This document shows, in pieces, positions 9,929-20,058 of a stretch of DNA of 64,000 bases (the first letter of the stretch is position 1; the number at the start of each line of letters is the position of its first letter). The translations under genes were made by a program, and so were the position numbers. The stretch is from Coprothermobacterota bacterium (GTDB lineage Bacteria; Coprothermobacterota; HKB111), in the NCBI GenBank assembly GCA_037440465.1, contig JBBIUB010000001.1, positions 20,307-84,306 of the forward strand, written 5' to 3'. The notes beneath the pieces are model-generated. The model saw only the letters and a list, made by a program, of their open reading frames with translations, did no database searches and was not told where the DNA came from.

Positions 9929-11125
9929 TTATCCTACTTTTATTAAGGACTGCAAGTGTTCGCTCAACCTAAAAGTTAATATTTCTCTATCAAAACAGTC
10001 TCTTCTGAAATCCTGGTTCACATCAACGTGCATAGAAGAATTATATATTTTTACAAGCTCCTTTAAAATCTCTTCTTTTTTGTTATTATAGATAATGATG
10101 CTATTTCTATAATCTTTTAGTACCCTGTCAATAAAACCACCGACTGGTGCTAATGCCAGGATAAATTTATTGAGAAATATATAATCAAATATCTTCGTTG
10201 TTGGTTCATATATATGCTCTCCAGCTATAACAAGTCCAACTTTACCACCCTTAATATACTGTAGAGCCTCGTGGTATGGCTTATAACCAACGAGATAACA
10301 ATATGACCCGAGTGAATAAGATTCAATCATATTTACTATTAATTCTTCAGGATGGCCAACCCAGACAAATTTCATGTCTTCTGGTGAGAGAGAATGATTC
10401 ATTATAAACTGTTTAAAAGCCTTAAAAAAAGGTTTAGGGTTTCTGAAACTATCAAACTTACCGGTATATACTATATCAAAATTAGAAAAACTAATCCCTT
10501 CTCCGGCAGCTTCCAGGTCTTCCCTATCAAAGCCATTAGGTATAGTTATAAATTTCTCTTTACTATAATTACCATACCTCTCCTGATACATATTTGTAGC
10601 TTCATCAGTAACATTTATTATCAAATCAGCATTCTTGATTAGTAGAGGTTCAAGAAGAGATTCAAGGATTCTTGCTCCTTGTGAAAAAAGTGTTTTTTTT
10701 GTCTTTCTATATGGATTTAAAGACCAAGGATCTCTGAAATCTAAAACATATGGTAGTTTATAAAATTTCTTAAGAAAATAGGCAGAAACCCAATGATAGA
10801 ATGGTCCACCATTAAAATAAACAACTTGTGGCTTGAAAGATTTTATCTCCTTCAAAAGATGTAGCCAGAGTATTGGTAGCCAGTATAAACCCTCTTCATA
10901 GACAGCGGGAATAAATCTTCTTAATCTTTTTGTTTTAACAATATCTAAATGTTCGACTTCTTTCAAAAGTGAATTATTCTTAAAATTCCTGAATTTATCT
11001 TCTACAGTCAGTACTTTGACAACCCAATTCAATCTCGAAAGGTACTTTGCAAACTTAGCTACTCTTATGGCTCCCACAACTCCATCTGGGGGAAAGTGAT
11101 ATGCTACAACTAATATTTTTCTCAC
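9929..11125 (-). CDS. Glycosyltransferase (GT4-like)
   Basis: The N-terminus MRKILVVAYHFPPDGVVGAIRVAKFAKYL is typical of GT4 N-terminal domains. The gene sits in the polysaccharide operon. Confidence 0.6.
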   Translation of the reverse strand: MRKILVVAYHFPPDGVVGAIRVAKFAKYLSRLNWVVKVLTVEDKFRNFKNNSLLKEVEHLDIVKTKRLRRFIPAVYEEGLYWLPILWLHLLKEIKSFKPQVVYFNGGPFYHWVSAYFLKKFYKLPYVLDFRDPWSLNPYRKTKKTLFSQGARILESLLEPLLIKNADLIINVTDEATNMYQERYGNYSKEKFITIPNGFDREDLEAAGEGISFSNFDIVYTGKFDSFRNPKPFFKAFKQFIMNHSLSPEDMKFVWVGHPEELIVNMIESYSLGSYCYLVGYKPYHEALQYIKGGKVGLVIAGEHIYEPTTKIFDYIFLNKFILALAPVGGFIDRVLKDYRNSIIIYNNKKEEILKELVKIYNSSMHVDVNQDFRRDCFDREILTFRLSEHLQSLIKVG

Positions 11126-12735
11126 ATTTCCTCACCAAGATATACGAGCGCTGCTGCTAACATGGAAAAATACACGACCATTCCCGGGGCATCCCAGAGA
11201 TTTTCAACGCCATTATGAAGGAAAAAGGCTATCATAGAAATTAAACCTCCAAGTGTTAGGAATCTTAGAGATAAGAGCTTATTTTTATCAAGAAGAACCC
11301 AAAGACCATACCGAAAGAGAATAAGAAATAAAAGTAAAAAGGATATCCCTCCAATTAAACCTACTTCCGCGAACATTTTTAGAAGATAACTATCTACAGA
11401 TATTCCCTGAAAAAATCCATGCTTTATAGCAGGTCCACCACCAAAAGTTCCAGGTCCACTACCCAACCAAAGATTTTCTTTTATATGATCTAGAGCCATT
11501 AACCAACGAGAAAGCCTCCCTCCTGCAGTAAGACTTTTACTTATATATTCGGGAGAAAAAAGAAATAAGATTCTATGAGCCAATGTAGGTGCAACTAAAT
11601 ATGATATTCCACTGCCAAAAAGAAAAATTATAAGAATAAGTGGACCAGATAAAACAGCCAGGAAAGCTACTGCTGCCCCCAAAGCTAAAAAAGCTCCCCT
11701 GGCAAAGGTTAGGGCTATAGATACAGAATTAATCAGAAGGACAAGTCCCCATAATACCCTTTTACTCCATTGTTTTGATGCCAGTAGCAAGCTAATTGAA
11801 GTACCAATACCGAATAAAAGATAACCAGCTAGAAAGTTAGGGCTTCCAATAATAGAGAAAGCCCTGGTTCTAATAATAAGCGCTTCATAATCAACATCTA
11901 CCCATCCGACGGGCATGTCAAATCCAAGAACATATTGAAAAATACCTATAACTCCCAAAAACAAGCAGCTAACAGCAATGAAAGAAAAGACTTTTTCTGG
12001 TTTTTTGTCGATTTTTAGGAAAATGTAAATTACAAAGAAAATTAAGGTAGGTAAAGTTATACTTCTTAACCCTTCTATATTGATAAATAGAGGGTAAGGA
12101 GATAAAAAGGCGCTTAAAATGATTAAATAGTAAAACAATAACAAATAAAAACCATAGGCTGGAAACTTTACCTTATACTTAATACCTAAAATAAAAGTGA
12201 GGGATAGGAAAATTAATAGAAATATTTCATCCCAGTATCCTCTTAATGAAGTAAAACGTCTAAAAAATAAGTCAAAGAAGGGAAAGAAAGCCCAAAAAGG
12301 TACAGCAATATTCCTCATTAATTCTGTCCACCAATTTTGAAGGGTATTAATAATAACACTGTTTTTTATAGGAGATAATTCATAAAAAATATATATTAAG
12401 AAGAAAAATAAAGAAATACCAAAAATCACAAAGAAAGTAGCAAGTGATACACCCCAGTACTTTAATATTATTATGTTGCCAATAATTAAAATAAACGCAA
12501 TTATTAATGATAAATCTCTAAAAGATAATTGTACGAAATACTCATATCCTTTTAAAACCAGGGAATATATTAAAGAAGATTCTAAATATCTATTAAGTTT
12601 TGAATAATAATATTTTGATGAAGAATTATCAATAATCTCAACGAAAGGGACCTTTGGTTTTTTTCTAAACCAGTTGAGGATAATACTTCCTTTAAAAAGT
12701 TGAATAAAAAAGCTATCTCCTGAAAATATACTCAT
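11122..12735 (-). CDS. O-antigen ligase / Wzy-like polysaccharide polymerase (polytopic membrane protein)
   Basis: A 537-aa protein with at least 10 predicted TM helices and a periplasmic loop with a WLGSGPGTFG-like motif, typical of the Wzy_C/O-antigen ligase family. Confidence 0.6.
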   Translation of the reverse strand: MSIFSGDSFFIQLFKGSIILNWFRKKPKVPFVEIIDNSSSKYYYSKLNRYLESSLIYSLVLKGYEYFVQLSFRDLSLIIAFILIIGNIIILKYWGVSLATFFVIFGISLFFFLIYIFYELSPIKNSVIINTLQNWWTELMRNIAVPFWAFFPFFDLFFRRFTSLRGYWDEIFLLIFLSLTFILGIKYKVKFPAYGFYLLLFYYLIILSAFLSPYPLFINIEGLRSITLPTLIFFVIYIFLKIDKKPEKVFSFIAVSCLFLGVIGIFQYVLGFDMPVGWVDVDYEALIIRTRAFSIIGSPNFLAGYLLFGIGTSISLLLASKQWSKRVLWGLVLLINSVSIALTFARGAFLALGAAVAFLAVLSGPLILIIFLFGSGISYLVAPTLAHRILFLFSPEYISKSLTAGGRLSRWLMALDHIKENLWLGSGPGTFGGGPAIKHGFFQGISVDSYLLKMFAEVGLIGGISFLLLFLILFRYGLWVLLDKNKLLSLRFLTLGGLISMIAFFLHNGVENLWDAPGMVVYFSMLAAALVYLGEEM

Positions 12736-13597
12736 TTTTTATCCTGATTAACTCTGATTCATCAAGAACCCAATAATCAAGACCGCCGATATTCTGACCT
12801 CTGCCAGGAATTGTTTTGAATACCACATCTTCTAAAGTAATACTTCTCAATGATAAAGCAAGAGGAATAAGGTTTTTATTAGGAAGGTCTGTACGAACAT
12901 AATTGTAAAATATTCCACTCAATTGTCGTATTTGAAGTAACCTCTCAGGTTTTAAGAATTCTTTAATAAACGCTTTAAAGAATTCCTGTTGAACTTTAAT
13001 TCTGTCAATATCACCCGTAGGGTAATGCCTGAAACGCAAAACACCCAGCGATTGCTCTCCAGTTAAATTATAAGTTCCAGCTGGTACATATATATGAGGT
13101 TCTGTCAGATTATCTCTAAGTTCCTGACTAACTGTAAAAGGTACTCCCCCTAACTCATCTACTAATAACTTAAAGGCTTCAAAGTTAATCTCAGCATAAT
13201 AATCAACCTCCACATCAAGAAGTTTTCCAATTGTTTCTCTAAGAAGTGAGATTCCCCCATAAACTCTCGCATGATTTACTTTCTGAAAACCATAATCAGG
13301 TATTTCTACTCTACTATCCCTTGGTATAGATATACCATAAGCTATATCTTCCTTTGTTTGAATGGAAACAAGAAGGATAATATCTGAGCGTGCTTTCTCT
13401 AAACCATTGTGACCATCTATGCCACTAACAAGAATGTTTAAAGCAGAAGGTATCCTGCCTTCCTCGCTAATAACTCCAAGAGATTTGAAGGATAAAGAAG
13501 AGAAAAATGAATAAAAACCCCAGGTTTCATAGATTAAAAGAGTCATGCTGCAAAAAAGAAGTACTATTATTATAAAACTACGATTTAATTTTATCAT
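12713..13597 (-). CDS. LytR-CpsA-Psr (LCP) family phosphotransferase
   Basis: It has an N-terminal TM anchor and an LCP core (SDIILLVSIQTKEDIAYGISIPRDSRVEIPDYGFQKVNHA). Confidence 0.8.
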   Translation of the reverse strand: MIKLNRSFIIIVLLFCSMTLLIYETWGFYSFFSSLSFKSLGVISEEGRIPSALNILVSGIDGHNGLEKARSDIILLVSIQTKEDIAYGISIPRDSRVEIPDYGFQKVNHARVYGGISLLRETIGKLLDVEVDYYAEINFEAFKLLVDELGGVPFTVSQELRDNLTEPHIYVPAGTYNLTGEQSLGVLRFRHYPTGDIDRIKVQQEFFKAFIKEFLKPERLLQIRQLSGIFYNYVRTDLPNKNLIPLALSLRSITLEDVVFKTIPGRGQNIGGLDYWVLDESELIRIKNEYIFRR

Positions 13598-15158
13598 TAG
13601 AAGATCTCCTGATTATATGAATATATTGCTTGAGAACATCAGATTTCAATAGATAATTAGCAAAAAGGTAAATTAATACTCCGACTACAATATTACCTGA
13701 TACTTCAATCAACCTAAGCCTTAAAGAAAAAGTTTCCAATTTAAAAGTAAGGTAAGGTGAAAGAAAGTATAATGATACTCCCATAAGTAAACTACTGAAT
13801 ACAGTTTTAAGTAGTTCTTCCACTCTAATGCTCATACCAAGCCCTTTAAGTCTTGGCCTTAAAAAAACAACAAGAAGAATAAGAAGAAAGAATGCTCCCA
13901 ATGATGAACCTAAAGCCAATCCAGATACTCCCCAGATTTTTGCAAAGAAATAATACATTATAGTCTGGACAAGTATGGTAATAACACCGAGAAAGGTTGG
14001 TATTTTTGGTTCCTGAAGGGAATAAAAAGCCCTAATAAAAATACTATTTACACCATGAGCCCAAACACCGAGACTATATACTTTTAATACAGAAGCTGTT
14101 ACCAGGGCTGCTTCTCTGGTAAATTCTCCCCATTCAAAAAGGAGTCTAACTATAGGGTAACTTAATAGGAAGATTCCCACAGCAGCGGGGAGTAGGAAAA
14201 ATGAAGTTGCAGAAACACCCCAGGAAAGGTTTTTTTTCAATGTTAAATAATCTTCCTCTGCTGCACTCTTTGAAAGTGTGGGTAAAAGAACTGTAGAGAT
14301 AGCCAAACCAAAGAGCGCATAAGGAAGTTGTATAATGCGAGAAGCTACTCCCACAATTGTTATGGCACCTTCACCAATAAGTGAAGCAATTGCTTTTTCA
14401 ATGATGGGATTAATTTGATATATTGCTAATCCAAGAAGAACTGGCATGCTCATTATAACAACTTTTTTTATGCCAGGATGCTTGAAGTTTATCCCACTTC
14501 TAAAATCGTGTCTAACTAAATGTAAGGTCCATCCCAGAATAAACCATGTTGTAAGACTTCCTATAACTAATCCCCAGGAAGTGCTAACTATCCCAATTAA
14601 AGAAGCTCCTATAAGTATTGTTAGTACTATACATCCATTAAATAACAACCCGGATAGTGAAGGTGCTCGGAAATCTCCTCTACAATGAAGAGTAGCCATA
14701 AAACCTCCAGCCCCTACTAAAGGGAGAATACCTATGGATGCTATCCTTAAAAGAGATATTGTCAACTCTTTTCCTTCAGCGGACATAAAGGGAGCAAGAA
14801 TTAAAGTTAAAGTAGGAGCAAAAACAATTGAAAGAAAGGCGAGAATTCCTCCTATAATGAGAAGGCCAAGAAAAAAAGTATTAGATAGAATTTCAAAAAT
14901 TTTTCCTTTTTCTCTTGATAGAACAGGTACAAAAGATGAGGTTACAATGCCTCCAGTAAGAAGAGCATAAAGGAGAAGGGGGAATGTAAGAGCTACCATA
15001 TATGCATCAGTAAAAATAGACTTGCCATAAAGACTGGTAACAAGTAAATCTCTGAAGTAACCCAAAACCCTACCAGCAATTATTCCAAGCATTAAGAAGG
15101 TACTATTTAATACCAGAGAATGGGAAATAACATCCATTTGTGGTGATTCTTGATTCAT
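13578..15158 (-). CDS. murJ: MurJ/MviN-family lipid-linked oligosaccharide flippase
   Basis: A 526-aa protein with 14 predicted TM helices. The N-terminal signature GIIAGRVLGYFRDLLVTSLYG matches the MurJ consensus (SR-LGF-RD). Confidence 0.75.
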   Translation of the reverse strand: MNQESPQMDVISHSLVLNSTFLMLGIIAGRVLGYFRDLLVTSLYGKSIFTDAYMVALTFPLLLYALLTGGIVTSSFVPVLSREKGKIFEILSNTFFLGLLIIGGILAFLSIVFAPTLTLILAPFMSAEGKELTISLLRIASIGILPLVGAGGFMATLHCRGDFRAPSLSGLLFNGCIVLTILIGASLIGIVSTSWGLVIGSLTTWFILGWTLHLVRHDFRSGINFKHPGIKKVVIMSMPVLLGLAIYQINPIIEKAIASLIGEGAITIVGVASRIIQLPYALFGLAISTVLLPTLSKSAAEEDYLTLKKNLSWGVSATSFFLLPAAVGIFLLSYPIVRLLFEWGEFTREAALVTASVLKVYSLGVWAHGVNSIFIRAFYSLQEPKIPTFLGVITILVQTIMYYFFAKIWGVSGLALGSSLGAFFLLILLVVFLRPRLKGLGMSIRVEELLKTVFSSLLMGVSLYFLSPYLTFKLETFSLRLRLIEVSGNIVVGVLIYLFANYLLKSDVLKQYIHIIRRSSNDKIKS

Positions 15159-15199
15159 TTATAACTGATTCCGGTAAGTTATTATCTTGTTTTTGGACA

Positions 15200-15655
15200 C
15201 TACTCGACTGGTTTTACAGATAATATAGTGACTTCTATTTTACCCTTATTGGTCTCTAAGGGTACTCTCGCCCCTGCTTTTATTGAATGGCGATTGTATA
15301 CTAAAACACCAGCTGGGATTGGAACAAGGATTTTTGATTTAAACCTGACGCTCTTCATTACAGGGTGTTTACTCCAGTGAATTTTTCCATCTGCTGCGAA
15401 GACAGTTAAGTAGCTATCTTCTAAAGATAGTTCTACGATCTCCATTACCGCCCTACCTGTAGAATCAATAATCTTGTCTCCAACATGAATACTTGAAGCT
15501 ACTTCCGGGTGAAGGTGAAGAGAAAGTGATTCAACTAAATAAGGTTGAAACTGTAAAAGAGAAGATTCTTTCTTCATAAATTTCCAAGCACCAAGAGAAA
15601 TAATTCCTATGATCACACAAATAATAATCAAGTCAAAAAGATTAAATTTCTTCAT
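15200..15655 (-). CDS. Hypothetical membrane-anchored protein
   Basis: A single N-terminal TM helix (MKKFNLFDLIIICVIIGIISLGAW) precedes a soluble domain. I took the start at the internal Met to avoid overlapping murA. It has no recognisable family. Confidence 0.4.
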   Translation of the reverse strand: MKKFNLFDLIIICVIIGIISLGAWKFMKKESSLLQFQPYLVESLSLHLHPEVASSIHVGDKIIDSTGRAVMEIVELSLEDSYLTVFAADGKIHWSKHPVMKSVRFKSKILVPIPAGVLVYNRHSIKAGARVPLETNKGKIEVTILSVKPVE

Positions 15656-16922
15656 TAGCCTTAACCTCCTCTTTTGAAGAAGAAATATCTGCACCAAGGT
15701 TTTTTAGTTTGCCTATCATGTTTTCATAACCTCTATGAATATGTTCAGTACCATATATTCGAGTTTCACCTTCAGCTGATAAACCAGCAAGAACAAGAGC
15801 GCTACCTGCTCTTATGTCAGTCGCTTCTACATCAGCACTGAATAATTTATCTACTCCCTGAATAACTGCTTGTCTTCCTTCAACAGCTATCTGCGCACCC
15901 ATCTTGTTTAATTCTCTAACATGTTGAAAACGACTCTCAAAAACTGTTTCTACAACTAACGAAGTTCCTTCGGAAACAGCAAGAAGAGTAGTCATCTGGG
16001 GTTGAAGGTCAGTCGGAAAACCAGGGAAAGGTAAGGTTTTAATATTTGTTGCCATGGGTTTCTCTTTGGCAATTGCTCTGATGTGAGTACCATTCTGTAT
16101 CATTACCTGTATTCCCATCTCCTTTAGCTTATATAGTAAAGGATTTAAAAATCTTGGGTCTACATCTTTGACAGTCACATCTCCTCTCGTTAAAACTCCA
16201 CCAATCAGAAAAGTCCCTGCTTCAAGTGGATCTGAAGGAAGGGGAAAGATAACAGGAGAAAGCTTTTCTACCCCTTTAATCCTTAAAGTATGACTACCCA
16301 AACCCCAAATTTTTACACCACAAGTTTTAAGGAAATTACCAAGATCTACAACCTGGGGTTCTTGTGCAGCATTATCTATGACAACTTCTTTTGGTAAAAG
16401 AGACGCAAAAAGCATCAGGTTTTCAGTAGCTCCTACACTCGGGTAATCAAGGTAAACCCGGTTAGCCTTTTTAGCCATCACTTTAGCATGGATTAAACCA
16501 GATGAAAGGTCAAATTTAACGCCCAGAGCTTCTAAGCCTTTAATATGAAGATCTATGGGGCGTTGTCCAATATTACATCCACCAGGATAAGGTAAAAAAA
16601 CCTCTCCTTCCCTTGCAAGCATCGCACCAAGAAGGAAAATGGAGCCTCTAATTGTAGAGAAAATAGGGTTAGATATCTCTTTCTTTAATCTTCCCGGAAC
16701 TTTTATTTTTATCTGATGTTTTTCTGGTAATGCTTTTATCTTACAACCAAGTTCTTCTTGTAGCTTAAGCATAATCTGGGCATCTCCAACGTTTGGAGAA
16801 TTGGTAAATACCCAGCTACCTTCAGACAATAGAGCTCCAGCTAATACTGGTAGAGCTGTATTTTTGGCCCCAGCTGGTTTCACAACTCCACTTAGCCTTG
16901 AACCTCCAATTATTTTAATCAT
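15642..16922 (-). CDS. murA: UDP-N-acetylglucosamine 1-carboxyvinyltransferase
   Basis: It begins MIKIIGGSRLSGVVKPAGAKNTALPVLAGALL and is full length. The active-site Cys region is present (GGCNIGQRPIDLH). Confidence 0.9.
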   Translation of the reverse strand: MIKIIGGSRLSGVVKPAGAKNTALPVLAGALLSEGSWVFTNSPNVGDAQIMLKLQEELGCKIKALPEKHQIKIKVPGRLKKEISNPIFSTIRGSIFLLGAMLAREGEVFLPYPGGCNIGQRPIDLHIKGLEALGVKFDLSSGLIHAKVMAKKANRVYLDYPSVGATENLMLFASLLPKEVVIDNAAQEPQVVDLGNFLKTCGVKIWGLGSHTLRIKGVEKLSPVIFPLPSDPLEAGTFLIGGVLTRGDVTVKDVDPRFLNPLLYKLKEMGIQVMIQNGTHIRAIAKEKPMATNIKTLPFPGFPTDLQPQMTTLLAVSEGTSLVVETVFESRFQHVRELNKMGAQIAVEGRQAVIQGVDKLFSADVEATDIRAGSALVLAGLSAEGETRIYGTEHIHRGYENMIGKLKNLGADISSSKEEVKANEEI

Positions 16923-18060
16923 TATTGCAACCTCCTTTTTTAAATTCATCCGGTTTATGTGGAGAAAGCCCTAAGAACCATTTTATACCTTGAATAACTC
17001 TTTGAGAAGCCATTCCATCACCAAAAGGATTATCCCCTATTCTTGCAAATTTATCAAAGGGAATATTCAAGATTTTGACTACATTATTATATACATCTTT
17101 TCTATTTAAGCCACTTATAAAAATAAAACCTGTTTCAACACCTTCTGGTCTCTCTGTAACCCTTCTCGTTAATACAAGGGGTTTTTTAAGATAGGTCACC
17201 TCCTCCTGAATTCCACCTGAATCTGTAATTATTAAGCGTGATTTTTGTATAAGTCGAACGAAATTCTCATAACTCTGTGGTGGTACCATCTTTACCTTGG
17301 AACAGTCACTAAAAATTTCTTCAGCCACTTTTTTAACCTTTGGGTTTGGGTGAACTGGAAAGATTACTTTTATATATGGGAAACTATCAAGGACATCTTT
17401 TATACCAAGAAGAATTTCCTTCATAGGAGAACCCCAACTTTCCCTACGGTGAACTTCCAGAAGAATAAAATCATCAAATATTTCTTCTTTATCAACTTTA
17501 TCTTTAGTATTCTCAAGAATCCACTTCAAGGCATCTATAACAGTATTACCAGTAACTAATATAGATTCACCAGAAATACCTTCAGATAAGAGGTTTCTTT
17601 TAGCAATTGAAGTTGGTGCAAAGTGTAAATTTGTAAGAATACCTGTTAAAATCCTGTTAGCTTCCTCTGGGAAGGGTTCTCTAATAGAACCACTCCGTAA
17701 ACCAGCTTCTATATGAGCTAAAGGAATGTTTCGATAAAATGATGTAAGAGCTCCTGCAAAGGCAGTTGTGGTATCTCCTTGCACTACAACCATAACTGGC
17801 TTTTCATTTACCATTATACTATTTAAACCTTTAAGAGATTCTACAGTAATATCCATTAAATCCTGATTTTCCTTCATGATGTTAAGGTCTTGATTTACTG
17901 AAATACTGAATGTAGATAGAACCTGGTCTAATAAATTCCGATGCTGTGCTGTTAGAACAACAACAGGTTCAAGGTCAGGATCTTTCTTCATTGCCATAAT
18001 CACTGGAGCAAGTTTTATTGCTTCTGGTCTTGTCCCAAACACAAATAACACTTTAACCAT
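16915..18060 (-). CDS. mnaA: UDP-N-acetylglucosamine 2-epimerase (non-hydrolysing)
   Basis: It begins MVKVLFVFGTRPEAIKLAPVI and has the HIEAGLRS motif of the WecB/MnaA family. Confidence 0.9.
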   Translation of the reverse strand: MVKVLFVFGTRPEAIKLAPVIMAMKKDPDLEPVVVLTAQHRNLLDQVLSTFSISVNQDLNIMKENQDLMDITVESLKGLNSIMVNEKPVMVVVQGDTTTAFAGALTSFYRNIPLAHIEAGLRSGSIREPFPEEANRILTGILTNLHFAPTSIAKRNLLSEGISGESILVTGNTVIDALKWILENTKDKVDKEEIFDDFILLEVHRRESWGSPMKEILLGIKDVLDSFPYIKVIFPVHPNPKVKKVAEEIFSDCSKVKMVPPQSYENFVRLIQKSRLIITDSGGIQEEVTYLKKPLVLTRRVTERPEGVETGFIFISGLNRKDVYNNVVKILNIPFDKFARIGDNPFGDGMASQRVIQGIKWFLGLSPHKPDEFKKGGCNND

Positions 18061-18062
18061 TT

Positions 18063-19010
18063 CTACCTAATACCTACATATACAGCCAGATAAGCCAGAG
18101 AAGCAGAAATAATATACAGAAATATAGTTACCTGTAATGGGCTAAATCCGAGAGAAAGTAAACGGTGATGAATATGTCCTTTATCAGCCTCAAAAACAGA
18201 AACTCCTTTTAATTTTCTTCTTATTATTGCATAAGCTACATCTAATATAGGAAGCGCAAGAATAATAAGAGATGCAGCTAATACTGTTATAGTAGTTCTT
18301 TTAAGGGCTCCAAGAATGCTGATAGCACTTAATAAATATCCAAGAGTCAAAGCACCACTATCCCCTAAGAATATACGTGCTTTGGGGAAATTATATATTA
18401 AAAAACCAAGCAGAGAACCTGCGATTATTATACTCAAATAAGCAACTTCCGTTATCCCTTTACTTCTGGCAATAGTATGAAAAGCAAAGCTCGAAATAAT
18501 TACAACACCAGATGAAAGACCATCAAGACCATCTATAAAATTTATAGCATTTGATACCCCTACTACCCACAGAATAGTTAGAGGGTATTTAATTCCATCA
18601 AAAGCTAAATAACCCCAGGGAGTATTGACACCACGGATAAACACTCCACAAGCTACAAGTACTACGGCTCCTGCTATCTGTCCAATAAATTTATGTCTCG
18701 CTCTTAGGTGATATTTATCATCCAAAACACCTGTGATCCAGAAAATCAATCCTCCAGTAATGATACCGACAATCTCTAAATCCCTGATACCAAAAATTAT
18801 TAGAGTAATTATGGAAATTAAGGGGTATAAAAATAGACCTCCTGAACGAGGTAATGGTTTATTGTGGACTCTCCTTGGTGACGGAAGATCCATAAAACCC
18901 CATCGTCGTCCAAAATAAATAAAAATGGGTGTTAGTAAGATAGAAGCTAACAGTGCAATACAAAAATAGATTGAATAATTATTTAGTACCAAATAATCTA
19001 TCTCCAGCAT
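18063..19010 (-). CDS. tagO: Undecaprenyl-phosphate GlcNAc-1-phosphate transferase (WecA/TagO, MraY superfamily)
   Basis: A 315-aa polytopic membrane protein with the PSPRRVHNKPLPRSGG motif of the WecA/MraY family. Confidence 0.85.
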   Translation of the reverse strand: MLEIDYLVLNNYSIYFCIALLASILLTPIFIYFGRRWGFMDLPSPRRVHNKPLPRSGGLFLYPLISIITLIIFGIRDLEIVGIITGGLIFWITGVLDDKYHLRARHKFIGQIAGAVVLVACGVFIRGVNTPWGYLAFDGIKYPLTILWVVGVSNAINFIDGLDGLSSGVVIISSFAFHTIARSKGITEVAYLSIIIAGSLLGFLIYNFPKARIFLGDSGALTLGYLLSAISILGALKRTTITVLAASLIILALPILDVAYAIIRRKLKGVSVFEADKGHIHHRLLSLGFSPLQVTIFLYIISASLAYLAVYVGIR

Positions 19011-19608
19011 CTCCTAAACCAGGAATAATATAACCCTTTTCGTTTAAACTATCATCAACTGCTGCAGTATAAATGTCCACTTGTGGATGGGTTTCTTGAA
19101 GATTTCTTATGCCCTCTGGAGCAGCGAGTATGCAAACAAAGCTGATCTTAGCAGCTCCCCTTTGCTTTAGTAGGTTTATGGTTTCGACTGCTGAACCCCC
19201 AGTAGCAAGCATTGGATCAACCACTATGACATAAGTATCTTTGTTTAAATTCGGAGTTTTTATATAATAAGTTACTGGTTTCAAGGTTTCATGATCACGA
19301 TATATACCAACATGACCTACCTTAGCAGTGGGGAGAAGTTTTAAAATTCCTTCAGCTAAAACGGTACCAGCCCTTAATATTGGTACTACAACAACCTCTT
19401 TGAAATTAACCTGGCTTCCTTTTGTTTTAGTAAGAGGTGTTTCTATGTCTATTTCCTGGGTTTTAAAGCCACGGCTAATCTCATAAGTAAGAAACTGAGC
19501 AATTTCTGAAGTCAGTTCCCTGAATTCTTTCGGACCTGTATTTTTATCTCTTAGAATCGTTAACTTATGCTGAATAACCGGATGGTTATTGATAAAAACC
19601 CTTTTCAT
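18979..19608 (-). CDS. upp: Uracil phosphoribosyltransferase
   Basis: The whole 209-aa protein matches Upp (HPVIQHKLTILRDKNT..., PILRAG, DPMLATGGS). Confidence 0.9.
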   Translation of the reverse strand: MKRVFINNHPVIQHKLTILRDKNTGPKEFRELTSEIAQFLTYEISRGFKTQEIDIETPLTKTKGSQVNFKEVVVVPILRAGTVLAEGILKLLPTAKVGHVGIYRDHETLKPVTYYIKTPNLNKDTYVIVVDPMLATGGSAVETINLLKQRGAAKISFVCILAAPEGIRNLQETHPQVDIYTAAVDDSLNEKGYIIPGLGDAGDRLFGTK

Positions 19609-20054
19609 TTAAAATTTTCCTCCTCAATCGTTTTAATTTTTGATAACCTAACTTCATGCCTACCTCCAGAATAAGAAGACTGTAACCATTCTCTTAAAGT
19701 AATAAGAGCCAGGTCTGGCCCAATAACCCCACCCCCAAAACAAATAATATTCGTATCATTATGCTCTTTAGATAGCCTGGCAGTAAAAGGTTCATAAGCT
19801 ACAAAAGCCCTTATGTTCTTAACTTTATTGGCAGTTATGCACATGCCAATGCCAGTCCAACAAATAAGAACTCCCCTATCTGCATCTCCATTTCCTACTG
19901 CTCGTGCTACAGTTAAAGCAAAATCTATATAATCAACAGTTTCGTCAGTATTGGTTCCATAATCTGTAACATCACAACCTTCACCCTCAAGAAAGGCTTT
20001 TATTCTCTCTTTAAGATAAACACCCCTGTGATCTGAACCTAAAGCAATCTTCAC
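19605..20054 (-). CDS. rpiB: Ribose-5-phosphate isomerase B
   Basis: MKIALGSDHRGVYLKERI and an active-site Cys region (LICWTGIGM) place it in the RpiB/LacAB family. It is 149 aa. Confidence 0.85.
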   Translation of the reverse strand: MKIALGSDHRGVYLKERIKAFLEGEGCDVTDYGTNTDETVDYIDFALTVARAVGNGDADRGVLICWTGIGMCITANKVKNIRAFVAYEPFTARLSKEHNDTNIICFGGGVIGPDLALITLREWLQSSYSGGRHEVRLSKIKTIEEENFK

Positions 20055-20058
20055 GAAA

